DNA from: Flavobacteriaceae bacterium
GTDB taxonomy: Bacteria; Bacteroidota; Bacteroidia; Flavobacteriales; Flavobacteriaceae
Assembly (NCBI GenBank): GCA_947491985.1
Contig: CANLLR010000010.1
Coordinates: 4,920-68,919 of the forward strand
Direction: 5' to 3'
Length of the DNA stretch: 64,000 nucleotides
The notes under the pieces are model-generated. The model saw only the letters and a program-made list of their open reading frames with translations, was not told the origin of the DNA and did not search any database. Shown piece by piece: positions 16,780 to 27,044 of this stretch (its first letter is position 1; every line of letters starts with the position of its first letter). The position numbers and the translations under genes were made by a program.

Positions 16780-19269
16780 TTAATTTCCTATTGCAATCAT
16801 GTTAGCCAATAATCGGTAAGCACCAGACACACCTTCTGGGAGTTCTCTGAAGAAGCTTAAACCGGTATAAATATAATTTCCTTTACCATATTTTGCTACT
16901 ACTAAGGCACCATTTTTAGCTTTTTCACCTTTGTCATTCGCAGAAAGTATTGCAGTAAAATTTTTGTCCCATTCACTTGGATAATACAATCCTTGCTCTT
17001 GTTTCCAACCTTTAAAATCGTTTAGCGTAATTTTGTTGGGATAGTTTAGCACCTTGTGATCGGGAGCTAAAAATCGAACTTCAGCATCTTCTTCTGTTAC
17101 ACGATCACGAGATATTTTTAAAGGATATGGTGAAAAATCCTTAGTCACCATGTCGTCAGTAGTGTTATACTGAACTATCATTGTCTTTCCGTTTTTTACA
17201 AAATCGAGCAGAATGGCTTGTTTGAAAGCCAATGCGTTTACCACATTGTATGCTCTAATTCCGGTTATTACCACATCAAAATTGACTAGTTTTTCAGACG
17301 AAATCTCTTCTGGTTTTATTATGGTAACGTCATAGCCCATTTGGGTGAGACTTTTCGGAACTTCATCGCCAGCACCCATTATGTATGCGATTTTTTCGTT
17401 TTTCGTTTTGATATCGAGTTTGATTGCTTTGGCTTCCGATGGTTTCAATACCATTTGCTTAGAAATATGACCGTAGTTGATGTCGATTTTTTCTTTATGA
17501 TATGTTTTGCCATCTAAAGTGATGCTGCTCTTTAAAGTGACTTCTGATGCCGATTTTGAAGGAGTTACTGCGAAATTAACTTGCTCTTCTTGCCCTTTTT
17601 TAGCTATTGAAAACGGCATTTCTTTAGGTGATACCGACCAGTTTTGTGGGACTTCCAACTTAACCGTTCCGTTGCTGTTGTTATCCCCCGCTTTTACACT
17701 AACGGCAATGTTTTTTGGTTTATCCGAATTAAAAATGTAGACTTTTTCTGCAATTGATGAAGTCACTACCGGAACGATATCAAAGGGTTGGTATACCTCT
17801 CCTTTAACATCATCATTGTATTTATAGATAATTGTTCGTTCAAACGGAATCGTTACACCATTAATTGCTATTAAAAAAGTAGCGTTTTGGGTTCGAATTA
17901 CATCAGGCTTACCAATGTTTTCTTGGTTGTCGACTCGGTACATTCCATCAGTTCCTTTTTGATTTAACCAATACGGCGCTGTAAAGTCGGTGTTCTCCGG
18001 TAAAATAACTTCAAACTCGTAAGTAACTGCCTTATTGAATTCAAGTTTTTTTGCTTCAAAAGGTACCGTTGCATTTGGCAAAGCAATGGAAATTAATTGC
18101 ATTTCCACAGCACTTCGGTTGATGGTTTCCACTTTCAGATCAACTTCAGTACCGCTTATTGCTTCTTGAGTATTGGCAACAGCTTCCAAATACAAACCTG
18201 TGCATGCAGCAATGATTTTCTTGATTTCTTCCGATTTGATAGTTTTCCAATGGTTGTCTTCTAATTTCTGAATCAAATCGTAGGCTTTCACTAGCTCAGT
18301 AATACTAGCTGATGGATTGTTGTAATCGAAATTCTTTTGAACGGTAGATAAAATTGCGCCAATAGTTTTACCATTTTTCACACGATTCCACGTGGTGTCG
18401 ATACCTTCAAAAATAGTATTTTTGTCTTGTAGACGATCGCCTTTTAAGAATTCGAGGTATTCGTTTTCTTCTCCTCGAGCTCCGGTGCTACCAAAACCTT
18501 GCGACTGATGGCGACTCCGACTCAACGCGGCAATTTCTTGGTTTGACTTTCCGATGGAAGCATAATAAACTCCCGTTTGTAATTGCGCTAAATTTGATTT
18601 GTCTGCCTTATCAAACTTTTCTCTACTTCCATAAAACCACCACGATGTATTGAAAAAAACGCGTTTGGGTTGCCAAGTCGAAACTAATTTCAATTGTTCA
18701 GGATAGGCATTGGCGTCATTTACTTTTTCAAAGGCTTCTAGACTTAACATAGCCGAAGCCGTGTGATGACCGTGTGTTGTTCCCGGTGAACGATGGTCAA
18801 AACGGTTAATGATTACGTCGGGTTGGAATTTTCGGATGGCCCAAACAACATCACTTAACACTTCGTTTTTATTCCATATTTCTAGCGTTTCATCAGGAGT
18901 TTTTGAGTAACCAAAATCATTAGCTCGTGTAAAAAACTGTTCACCACCATCTATTTTTCGGGCTTCAATTAATTCTTGTGTACGAATAACACCTAACAAT
19001 TCTCGCAATTCGGGACCAATTAAATTTTGTCCACCATCACCTCGAGTCAAAGATAAATAACCTGTTCGTGCTTTATTTTCGTTGGATAAATACGAAATCA
19101 ATCGTGTGTTTTCGTCGTCTGGATGCGCTGCAATGTATAAAACCGAACCTAAGAAGTTGAGTTTTTGAATTTGATTGTATATTTCGGCAGCATTTGGCTT
19201 TTGTGGTTGTTGTGCAACGAGTTGAAATCCGATTAAGAAAAGAAATAATAGGGTATTTTTTTTTAGCAT
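16780..19269 (-). CDS. PIG-L/LmbE-family deacetylase, large multidomain secreted form
   Basis: 829 aa with a signal peptide and the AAHPDDEN zinc-deacetylase motif. The C-terminal region looks like a class-I glutamine-amidotransferase/ThuA-type fold. Confidence 0.8.
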   Translation of the reverse strand: MLKKNTLLFLFLIGFQLVAQQPQKPNAAEIYNQIQKLNFLGSVLYIAAHPDDENTRLISYLSNENKARTGYLSLTRGDGGQNLIGPELRELLGVIRTQELIEARKIDGGEQFFTRANDFGYSKTPDETLEIWNKNEVLSDVVWAIRKFQPDVIINRFDHRSPGTTHGHHTASAMLSLEAFEKVNDANAYPEQLKLVSTWQPKRVFFNTSWWFYGSREKFDKADKSNLAQLQTGVYYASIGKSNQEIAALSRSRHQSQGFGSTGARGEENEYLEFLKGDRLQDKNTIFEGIDTTWNRVKNGKTIGAILSTVQKNFDYNNPSASITELVKAYDLIQKLEDNHWKTIKSEEIKKIIAACTGLYLEAVANTQEAISGTEVDLKVETINRSAVEMQLISIALPNATVPFEAKKLEFNKAVTYEFEVILPENTDFTAPYWLNQKGTDGMYRVDNQENIGKPDVIRTQNATFLIAINGVTIPFERTIIYKYNDDVKGEVYQPFDIVPVVTSSIAEKVYIFNSDKPKNIAVSVKAGDNNSNGTVKLEVPQNWSVSPKEMPFSIAKKGQEEQVNFAVTPSKSASEVTLKSSITLDGKTYHKEKIDINYGHISKQMVLKPSEAKAIKLDIKTKNEKIAYIMGAGDEVPKSLTQMGYDVTIIKPEEISSEKLVNFDVVITGIRAYNVVNALAFKQAILLDFVKNGKTMIVQYNTTDDMVTKDFSPYPLKISRDRVTEEDAEVRFLAPDHKVLNYPNKITLNDFKGWKQEQGLYYPSEWDKNFTAILSANDKGEKAKNGALVVAKYGKGNYIYTGLSFFRELPEGVSGAYRLLANMIAIGN

Positions 19270-19294
19270 TTGCGTGTTGATTTTGCAATTGTAC

Positions 19295-19302
19295 CAAAAG
19301 TA
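19295..19302 (-). promoter_or_regulatory. -7 box TACTTTTG for the deacetylase-symporter operon
   Basis: Exact TAnnTTTG on the minus strand, 25 nt upstream of ATG 19269. Confidence 0.4.
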
Positions 19303-19375
19303 TGAATTTATGAAAGTCGAAAACCATCTTTTTGATTTTCTTTAACAAAAAAGCGAATAAAAGGTATTTTACTCT

Positions 19376-19621
19376 TTATAGGTGTCCCGATCCTGAACGT
19401 TGATTGATGTAGTTTAACTGATGTTCAGCTACATAATTACGAAACCAAGTCAGTAAGGTATCGTAATATTTTTGAAGACTTTTGATAGTAACTTCCGGAC
19501 TAGCAGCGGTCGGAATGGTAATCGGCATTTCGTTGATATACTTTGATAATTCGGGATAATTTTCTTGAATTACCATAGTCAACTTCATGATTTTGGCGTT
19601 AATTTCTGCTTCTGTTTCCAT
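19376..19621 (-). CDS. hypothetical protein (81 aa)
   Basis: Clean ORF with an ATG start. No motif recognised. Confidence 0.5.
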   Translation of the reverse strand: METEAEINAKIMKLTMVIQENYPELSKYINEMPITIPTAASPEVTIKSLQKYYDTLLTWFRNYVAEHQLNYINQRSGSGHL

Positions 19622-19650
19622 TTTATTTTCTTCTTATGAGATTTGTAAAA

Positions 19651-20247
19651 TTAAACATTAATACCAAAATGTTGTGTTAAATAATTATATACTTTTTCAG
19701 TGGGTAATCCGACAACATTGGTGTAGGATCCTTCAATTTTTGAAATACCAACTAATCCAATCCAATCCTGAATTCCGTATGCTCCTGCTTTGTCAAAAGG
19801 CTTGTAATTGTCGATATAATACCTAATAGCGGTTTCTGAAAGCGAGTTGAATGTTACTTTAGTTACTTCAAAAATGGTAGCTTTTGAACCGTGAGTAGAA
19901 AAGCAAACCGACGTTATGACTTCGTGTGTTGCGTTGGATAATTTTTTTAAAATGGCAACTGCATCCTCATAGTCTTTGGGTTTTCCTAAAGCTTGATCGT
20001 TGTGCCAAACGATGGTATCGCTGGTAATGAGCAGTTCGTTTTTTTGAAGATTGCCATCGAAGGCTTTGGCTTTTAATTCGGCTAAGTAATTTGTAATTTC
20101 TGATGCTTTAAGGTTGGGTGGATACACTTCTTCAATCTCTTTCAAACGAATTTCAATGTCCAAATCCAAATCTCTAAAAAACTGTTGACGACGAGGTGAA
20201 CCCGAAGCCAAAATGATTTTATATTCCTTTAATTTATCGCGTAGCAT
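19651..20247 (-). CDS. maf: Maf-family nucleoside triphosphate pyrophosphatase
   Basis: It has ILASGSPRRQ and GAYGIQD motifs. I prefer ATG 20247, which gives a 14-nt overlap with the upstream gene. Confidence 0.85.
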   Translation of the reverse strand: MLRDKLKEYKIILASGSPRRQQFFRDLDLDIEIRLKEIEEVYPPNLKASEITNYLAELKAKAFDGNLQKNELLITSDTIVWHNDQALGKPKDYEDAVAILKKLSNATHEVITSVCFSTHGSKATIFEVTKVTFNSLSETAIRYYIDNYKPFDKAGAYGIQDWIGLVGISKIEGSYTNVVGLPTEKVYNYLTQHFGINV

Positions 20248-21166
20248 TGTAATTGATGTTAAAGTTAATGACCACAATAGAGAGTATTCCGAAGAAAATG
20301 ATCCATTTTAAAAAAGTACTCACTTGATGAAACTCCTTTTTTGTTTTTGCTGAAAACATTTGTATAATGCAAAGTAATAATGGAGCAATGATGAAAATCA
20401 ACCCATAAATTGTAGCGATGTATAAATTGTTTTCAAGTATGTTAGTATTCAAATAGTAGCACAAAATAAGTAAGGGTACAAAAAATAAACCTACCGCAAC
20501 TTTTGATGTTTTAGCCACACCGAGTACAATAGGTAAGGTCCGCATTCCTTGTTTATAATCACCTCCAAAATCTTCTAAATCCTTCACAATTTCACGTATA
20601 AAATTCAGAATAAAAGCAAAAACGGCGTAGTCTTTCAAAATAGAAAATAACAATGCCATTTTATCAGCATTGCCTTCATAGGTTGTTGGAAATAAATCGA
20701 AAAAGCCAATAATTAACACACTAAAACCTAATAAAGCTGCAACAACAATGTTTCCAAGAAGCAGCGTTTGTTTTAATGTTGTTGCATAAAAATAAAGCAA
20801 AGCCGCAATAAAAATAAAGATAGAAATGAAACCGGGTTTCTGAATCACATTGGATAAATACATGCCTACTGCAACACCAGCCAATGTGAGTCCTGCGTAT
20901 ATGTAATAGGCATTTCCTTCCGATATCGATTTTCCAACAATGACTTTATTCGGTTTATTATCGGTGTCGGTATCTTGATCAAAAATGTCATTAATAACAT
21001 AACCTCCTGCAGCAAGTAAGACTGTAGCAAGGACTAATAGTGCATATTGAAAATCACTTAACGACAACCAAATGTCTTGTTGTTTCAAAAAACCATAGCG
21101 AAAAACAAGTTGCATGAAGGCAAGAAGAAGTAGGTTTTGGAAGCGGATGAGTTTAAGGAAATTCAT
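20234..21166 (-). CDS. UbiA-family prenyltransferase
   Basis: 310 aa polytopic protein with NDIFDQDTDTDNKPNK (NDxxDxxxD). Confidence 0.8.
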   Translation of the reverse strand: MNFLKLIRFQNLLLLAFMQLVFRYGFLKQQDIWLSLSDFQYALLVLATVLLAAGGYVINDIFDQDTDTDNKPNKVIVGKSISEGNAYYIYAGLTLAGVAVGMYLSNVIQKPGFISIFIFIAALLYFYATTLKQTLLLGNIVVAALLGFSVLIIGFFDLFPTTYEGNADKMALLFSILKDYAVFAFILNFIREIVKDLEDFGGDYKQGMRTLPIVLGVAKTSKVAVGLFFVPLLILCYYLNTNILENNLYIATIYGLIFIIAPLLLCIIQMFSAKTKKEFHQVSTFLKWIIFFGILSIVVINFNINYNATR

Positions 21167-21187
21167 GTTCAGTGTTCAGTGTTCAGT
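21167..21187. repeat. heptad array (GTTCAGT)x3
   Basis: It directly abuts the ATG of the prenyltransferase gene. It is inverted relative to the array at 21610-21640. Confidence 0.9.
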
Positions 21188-21204
21188 TTAATTTAGTTAA
21201 CAAT

Positions 21205-21582
21205 TTACGAATTAGTAGAATTTACTCCAAATTTTTGTGGATTTTGTATCATATAATTTATGAGTTTTCCGACTTCAATAGAGTCTTGAATTAGTTCATT
21301 AAAAATTACTTCATTTATATATTCACAACTTTTTGCAAATTCAAGCCATACTTGTGTTTCAGAATTTTCTGCATCAGAATCTGTTAATTTACTGTGAAAA
21401 TGTTTTGGATAATCTCTTTTTCTATATGATTCAGCTATATTGGCAGAAACACTTCTCGAAGATCTTCTAATTTGGTCAGTTAAAGAGTAAGTTTCTTCTT
21501 TCGGAAAAATTTTGGATAATTCATATAATTTCATTGCTAAAGTAAATGAGTTTTGATAGGCTAATAAATCTTGAAATTTCAT
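21205..21582 (-). CDS. four-helix-bundle protein (23S rRNA intervening-sequence protein / Avd family)
   Basis: 125 aa. FQDLLAYQNSFTLAMKLYELSKIFPKEETYSLTDQIRRSSRSVSANIAES fits the TIGR02436/PF05635 pattern. Confidence 0.85.
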   Translation of the reverse strand: MKFQDLLAYQNSFTLAMKLYELSKIFPKEETYSLTDQIRRSSRSVSANIAESYRKRDYPKHFHSKLTDSDAENSETQVWLEFAKSCEYINEVIFNELIQDSIEVGKLINYMIQNPQKFGVNSTNS

Positions 21583-21609
21583 TTTATAAAAATATTTGTA
21601 TGGTGTCGA

Positions 21610-21640
21610 CTGTTAACTGAATACTGATTACTGAACACTT
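21610..21640. repeat. heptad array CTGTTAA CTGAATA CTGATTA CTGAACA
   Basis: The reverse complement consists of TTCAGTN units like those at 21167-21187. The 16-mer at 21623-21638 recurs inverted at 34045-34060. Confidence 0.85.
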
Positions 21641-22168
21641 CTAATCAAACTTTCCGTTATAATATAAATGCCATTTTCCTTGTACTTTCATGACTTGTTC
21701 AATGACATCTCGAACTGCTCCTTTACCGCCATTGACGTGTGAAATGTAAGTCGAAATGGCTTTAATTTCGGGAGCAGCATCTTGTGGACACGTTGGTAAT
21801 CCAACAAGTTGCATCACGTGAAAATCGGGAATATCATCGCCCATATACAATACGTTTTCTGCTTTTATTTGATACAATTCTATGTATTCTTTAAAAGTAG
21901 CCACTTTATCAGATGACGCCATGTGAATATTGGTAATGCCTAAATTGCGTAGGCGAATCCGAACGCCTTCATTGCTTCCGCCCGAAATGATGCATACGTT
22001 GTAACCACTTTCTAAAGCAGCTTTCATTGCAAATCCGTCGCGAATGTGCATTTCACGTAACATTTCTCCAGTTGGAGACACATGCACTGTTCCGTCTGTG
22101 AGCACGCCATCAATATCGAAAATGAAGGTGTCTATGGTATTCATTAGTTCTTTATAACTTTTAGCCAT
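21641..22168 (-). CDS. kdsC: 3-deoxy-D-manno-octulosonate 8-phosphate phosphatase (HAD-IIIA)
   Basis: It has the FIFDIDGVLTDG nucleophile motif, and size and pattern are typical of KdsC. I prefer ATG 22168. Confidence 0.85.
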   Translation of the reverse strand: MAKSYKELMNTIDTFIFDIDGVLTDGTVHVSPTGEMLREMHIRDGFAMKAALESGYNVCIISGGSNEGVRIRLRNLGITNIHMASSDKVATFKEYIELYQIKAENVLYMGDDIPDFHVMQLVGLPTCPQDAAPEIKAISTYISHVNGGKGAVRDVIEQVMKVQGKWHLYYNGKFD

Positions 22169-22913
22169 TATCAATTATAGATTTGGTGAGTAATTTGTAT
22201 ATCGCAATTTTATTTTCATCGGTTAAAAACTGTAAATGTGTATTTAATGTTTGGGTGTCCTGCCTTTTTGCTGGACCTGTTTGTGCTTCTTTTGGAGAAA
22301 GTTCCATCACTTTATTGGCCGTTTCTTTAATTAATGGTTTTAATAACTCAAAAGAGATTTTGTTTTCGTGACAAATTTCATTTCCAATTTGGTATAAATG
22401 ATTGGTAAAATTATTGACAAAAACGGCTGCTATGTGAAGAGCTCTTCGTTGCTCGGAATTTATTTTATAGACGCTATTTGAAATAGAAAAAGCAATGATA
22501 TCGAGCACTTTATAAAGGGTTTCTTGCTCAATTTCAATGCCTATTGGAACCGTTGCAAAATCAACTTTTTTTGTTTTAGAAAAGGTTTGCACCGGATAGA
22601 ATGAACCTCTGGTGTTTTTTGCATCCAAGTCGCTAATGGCAATACTTCCAGAAGTATGTAAAACTACTTTATTTGAAAACGGAATTTTCGTAGAAACTTC
22701 CACTACAGCATTGTCAGAAACCGCAATGATGTATAACGAAACTTCTTTCAAACTAGCATAGTCAGAGGTAATTTTACTGCTTGGCATCAAATGTGAAACC
22801 GCATCTTTATTACGAGCAAAGATTTGAACTATTTTCACTTTTTTGCTTTTTTTGAAAGCTTTGATCAAATGTTGGGCAACATTTCCGGAACCAATAATGA
22901 CGATTTCTAACAT
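22161..22913 (-). CDS. Rossmann-like / DUF2520 domain protein
   Basis: It has N-terminal IIGSGNVAQHL. The C-terminal half fits the DUF2520 pattern. Confidence 0.7.
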   Translation of the reverse strand: MLEIVIIGSGNVAQHLIKAFKKSKKVKIVQIFARNKDAVSHLMPSSKITSDYASLKEVSLYIIAVSDNAVVEVSTKIPFSNKVVLHTSGSIAISDLDAKNTRGSFYPVQTFSKTKKVDFATVPIGIEIEQETLYKVLDIIAFSISNSVYKINSEQRRALHIAAVFVNNFTNHLYQIGNEICHENKISFELLKPLIKETANKVMELSPKEAQTGPAKRQDTQTLNTHLQFLTDENKIAIYKLLTKSIIDNG

Positions 22914-23015
22914 GGGGCTAAATTATTCATTTTTTTTCAATAAAAATAGTTCAAACGTGTCATAAAAAACCCTTAAATGAGTTACAAATATCTAAAATAA
23001 TCAACATTTTTGATT

Positions 23016-23023
23016 TACTTTTG
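23016..23023 (+). promoter_or_regulatory. -7 box TACTTTTG upstream of ccsBA
   Basis: Exact TAnnTTTG 47 nt upstream of ATG 23071. Confidence 0.35.
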
Positions 23024-23070
23024 TACTCCCGAAATTCGGATTTTACAAAAAAACGGTCCACTTTATTATC

Positions 23071-26000
23071 ATGGAAAAATTAAAATCGATTTTATTCTCA
23101 ACGCGTTTAATGGCCATTTTGTTTTTAACGTATGCTGTTGCCATGGCTGCCGGAACATTTATAGAGAGTAAGTACAATACCGAAACTGCCCGAATTATGG
23201 TGTACAATGCGTGGTGGTTTGAAGCCATTCATGTGTTTTTCATGATTAATTTTATTGGAAATATTAAACGTTATCAATTGCTTAAAAAAGAAAAATGGGC
23301 GACACTATTATTGCATTTGTCGTTCATTTTTATTTTACTCGGCGCTTTCATTACACGTTATATCAGTCATGAAGGGATGATGCCTATTCGTGAAGGTTCG
23401 ATTTCAAACGTATTTTATTCAGATAAAAATTTCTTGACCATTTTTGTTGACGGTCAATATGAAGGCGGTATGAAACGCAAAACGATTGAAAAACCATTAT
23501 TACTCTCGCCTGCTACCAATAACAACTTTTCAATCAACGATAAATTTGCTCAAACTTCTTTTGAAATCGAATACAAAGATTTCATTATGGATGCCAAAGA
23601 AACTATAAAAGCCGATCCAAAAGGAAAACTGTATTTAAAAATGGTCGAGTCAGGCGATGGATCGCGTCATGAGCATTTTTTAAAAGAAGGCGAAGTGCAA
23701 AACATTCACAATGTTTTATTTGCATTAAACGTTGAGACAAAGGGTGCCATTAATATCAATACAATAGAGAACGAAGCTACTATTTCGGCTCCCTTTGACG
23801 GTCAGTTCATGCGAATGGCAGATAAAATGCAGGGAAAAGTTGTCAAAGACAGCTTGCAAAAATTAATGTATCGTTCGCTATACAATGTTGCCGGAAGCCA
23901 ATTTGTTTTCCCGGATCAACCGGTAAAAGGAGTAGTCGATTTTGTATCGAATAACGATTATAAGAACAAAAAAGCAGATAACATTTTAGTGTTAAAAATC
24001 ACTTCAAACGGAGTCGAAAAAGAAGTCAATTTGACAAGTTCTAAAGGCGTTCAAAGTCAACCGACTAGTGTTAAAGTAGGCGATTTGGATTTTACATTAT
24101 TTTATGGAAGTAAATCGTATTTCTTACCTTTTAATGTAAAATTGAATGATTTTATTGCCAACAAATATCCTGGAACAGAAAACAGTTATTCGTCGTACGA
24201 AAGTAAAGTTACTATTTTGGATGGCGACACCAAATTTGACGCTCAAATTTATATGAATCATATTTTAGACCATAAAGGATTTCGTTTTTTTCAAGCCTCT
24301 TTTGATAAGGATGAAAAAGGAACCGTGCTGTCAGTTAACCATGACTTTTGGGGAACTTTAATCACTTACATTGGTTACTTTATGTTGTTTTTTGCTATGA
24401 TGGCGATTTTATTTACCAAACATTCACGTTTTGCAGACATCAAACGAAAATTGGAAGTTGTAAAAACTAAAAAAGCAAAATTACTTTCGATAGCGATGCT
24501 TTTATTTTCGTTGACCGGATTTTCCCAAAATCATACACAACAGCACCAGCAGCAAAAGTTTAATTTTTTAGATTCGATATTAAAATACAAAGTTTCAGAA
24601 AAACATGCTTCTCAGTTTGGTCGTTTGGTCATTCAAGATGAAGGCGGACGTATGAAACCCATCAATACGTTTTCATCAGAATTATTGCGAAAAGTAAGTC
24701 ACAGCAACACGTTTAACGGAATGAATTCGGATCAAGCGTTTTTGTCTATGACGCAATTTCCAACAGCATGGTTTGAAGTGCCATTGATTTATATTAAAAA
24801 AGGGAATGACAGTATTCGTAAAATTATTGGTATCAAACCTGAAGAAAAGTATGCGCCTTTCAGAGCTTTTTTTGATGATATGGGGAATTATAAATTATCG
24901 CCCTATTTAGATGATGCTTACAAAGCTGCTAATCCTAATAATTTTGAAAAAGATTTTGTAGAAACCGACAAAAAAATAAATTTACTTAATGCTGCACTGA
25001 GCGGAAAAATTTTAAGGATTTTCCCTATTGTTAAAGACAAAAACAATAAATGGGTTTCGTATTTAGAAGTTAATCATTCCACAGGAACAGCTCTCGATAC
25101 TATAAAGAACGCTTTACCTATTTACCGTGAAGCATTAGTAAAAGCGTCACAAGATAATGATTATACGTATGCCAACACATTTTTGGTTGGAATGGAAAAC
25201 TATCAAAAAAAGTTTGGCCCTTCGGTTCGCCCTTCGGATGATAAAATCGACTCTGAAGTTTTATATAATAAATATGATGTTTTTCAGAAGCTACCTTATC
25301 TTTATATAGCTGCTGCAATTATTATGTTATTGTTTACCATTTTGGCTATTTTTAAAGAAAGGAAAATTTACACCTTTGCTATAAATGCAATGCATATTTT
25401 TATTGGGCTATTGTTTGTAATTCACACTTTAGCGTTAATAGTTCGCTGGTATATTGCTGGTCATGCGCCATGGAGTAATGCCTATGAAAGCATCATTTAT
25501 ATTGCTTGGGCAACGATGTTTTTTGGACTCGCTTTTGATGTAAAATCCAAGTTAACTGTAGCATCATCTTCTTTTGTTACGGCAATGATTTTAGCTGCTG
25601 CATATGCTAACTGGATTGATCCCGAAATTGGAAACTTACAACCTGTTCTTAATTCGTATTGGTTGATGATTCACGTAGCCGTTATTGTTGCTAGTTACGG
25701 TCCGTTTGCGTTGGGAATGATTTTGGGATTGGTTTCGCTGATTCTCATTCTTTTCACCAATACAAAGAACAAAGAGAAAATGGATTTGAACATTACAGAA
25801 ATTACGTATATCAACGAAATGGCTTTGACTATTGGTTTGGTGATGTTGACTATTGGAAATTTTCTTGGTGGTCAATGGGCGAATGAAAGTTGGGGACGTT
25901 ATTGGGGTTGGGATCCAAAAGAAACTTGGGCTTTGATTAGTATTATGGTCTATGCGTTTGTAATTCACGCTCGCTTTGTTCCTGCTTTGCGTGGTAAATG

Positions 26001-26199
26001 GGTTTTTAACGTAATGAGTATGTTTGCCTTTTTATCGATTTTGTTTACCTATTATGGTGTAAATTTTCACTTAGTAGGATTGCATTCTTATGCTAGCGGT
26101 GAAGCGAAATCGTTGAGTTGGATTTGGTATTCAATTGCAGCCATTACTTTAATAGCAATCATTACCTATCCAAAATATAAAAAGTACTACAAGAAATAA
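23071..26199 (+). CDS. ccsBA: cytochrome c biogenesis protein, fused ResB/CcsB-CcsA
   Basis: 1042 aa. It has the WGRYWGWDPKETWA tryptophan-rich heme-handling motif in the C-terminal polytopic half and a ResB-like N-terminal half. Confidence 0.9.
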   Translation: MEKLKSILFSTRLMAILFLTYAVAMAAGTFIESKYNTETARIMVYNAWWFEAIHVFFMINFIGNIKRYQLLKKEKWATLLLHLSFIFILLGAFITRYISHEGMMPIREGSISNVFYSDKNFLTIFVDGQYEGGMKRKTIEKPLLLSPATNNNFSINDKFAQTSFEIEYKDFIMDAKETIKADPKGKLYLKMVESGDGSRHEHFLKEGEVQNIHNVLFALNVETKGAININTIENEATISAPFDGQFMRMADKMQGKVVKDSLQKLMYRSLYNVAGSQFVFPDQPVKGVVDFVSNNDYKNKKADNILVLKITSNGVEKEVNLTSSKGVQSQPTSVKVGDLDFTLFYGSKSYFLPFNVKLNDFIANKYPGTENSYSSYESKVTILDGDTKFDAQIYMNHILDHKGFRFFQASFDKDEKGTVLSVNHDFWGTLITYIGYFMLFFAMMAILFTKHSRFADIKRKLEVVKTKKAKLLSIAMLLFSLTGFSQNHTQQHQQQKFNFLDSILKYKVSEKHASQFGRLVIQDEGGRMKPINTFSSELLRKVSHSNTFNGMNSDQAFLSMTQFPTAWFEVPLIYIKKGNDSIRKIIGIKPEEKYAPFRAFFDDMGNYKLSPYLDDAYKAANPNNFEKDFVETDKKINLLNAALSGKILRIFPIVKDKNNKWVSYLEVNHSTGTALDTIKNALPIYREALVKASQDNDYTYANTFLVGMENYQKKFGPSVRPSDDKIDSEVLYNKYDVFQKLPYLYIAAAIIMLLFTILAIFKERKIYTFAINAMHIFIGLLFVIHTLALIVRWYIAGHAPWSNAYESIIYIAWATMFFGLAFDVKSKLTVASSSFVTAMILAAAYANWIDPEIGNLQPVLNSYWLMIHVAVIVASYGPFALGMILGLVSLILILFTNTKNKEKMDLNITEITYINEMALTIGLVMLTIGNFLGGQWANESWGRYWGWDPKETWALISIMVYAFVIHARFVPALRGKWVFNVMSMFAFLSILFTYYGVNFHLVGLHSYASGEAKSLSWIWYSIAAITLIAIITYPKYKKYYKK

Positions 26200-26202
26200 A
26201 TT

Positions 26203-26233
26203 AAAAAGGTGCCACAAATGGGCACCTTTTTTT
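26203..26233. terminator. bidirectional intrinsic terminator
   Basis: AAAAAGGTGCC acaaatg GGCACCTTTTTTT lies between convergent genes. Confidence 0.85.
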
Positions 26234-26255
26234 AAACATTTTGAGTTTATATAGT

Positions 26256-27044
26256 TTACACTTTTCCTAAAGTGTACAACTGTTCCATAGTAGGCGAGGC
26301 ACTTCCGCCAGCTGGTTCTAATGTAATTCCGAAGGCTTCAGCATTACCAGTTGAACTCACAGCAAAGATTTTATTTTCATCCGCTTTGAAACCGTCTAAT
26401 AAACCGATACTAGTTGGTGTTAAGGTTGGACTCAATTTTAGTGACCACACTTGATAAACCATGCCTTCAGGTGGTTCTGGTAAACCAGCAGCATCAACAT
26501 AAACAGCTTGTGTTTCTTTGTTCCAGTATATTTTAGCATACGATGTTGGCGCTACGGCTTGTCCACCAAGTGTTACAGTTGTAGTTTTAGTATCGCGAAT
26601 GATATTCAAAATTTCTTTTGTCTCCTTCATTTTACTTTCTGATGCTGCCACTGCTTCGTTTAACTTTTGTTTCTCTTTTTCAACAGTCACTATTTTATTT
26701 CCAATAGCAGTTTTTTGGTTGTATTGATATCCAATTCCGATTAATAAGGCAATCGATGCTGCCCATCCAAGGTATTGAGAAAGTGATGATTTCGGTTTCA
26801 TAGTAATAACTGTTCCTTCTTTTATACCAATTTTCACTTTTGTTTTCTCATACACTTCCAAAGAAATGTTTGGAGCGAAACTACTCGATAATTGTAATAT
26901 GCTTTTCTCAATAGAGAGAATTTCGTCTTGTATCGCAGCATCTTTTTTAGATAAATCTGCTAGTTGTTTGGTTTCGTCTTCGTTTAAAATTCCGAAAACG
27001 TAAAGTTCCAAATCTCCTGAATTTATTATATCTGAGGCACTCAT
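26256..27044 (-). CDS. anti-sigma factor (RskA-like C-terminal domain)
   Basis: 262 aa with one central TM segment and a C-terminal VYQVWSL..FGITLEPAGG pattern. The start overlaps the sigma gene stop. Confidence 0.75.
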   Translation of the reverse strand: MSASDIINSGDLELYVFGILNEDETKQLADLSKKDAAIQDEILSIEKSILQLSSSFAPNISLEVYEKTKVKIGIKEGTVITMKPKSSLSQYLGWAASIALLIGIGYQYNQKTAIGNKIVTVEKEKQKLNEAVAASESKMKETKEILNIIRDTKTTTVTLGGQAVAPTSYAKIYWNKETQAVYVDAAGLPEPPEGMVYQVWSLKLSPTLTPTSIGLLDGFKADENKIFAVSSTGNAEAFGITLEPAGGSASPTMEQLYTLGKV

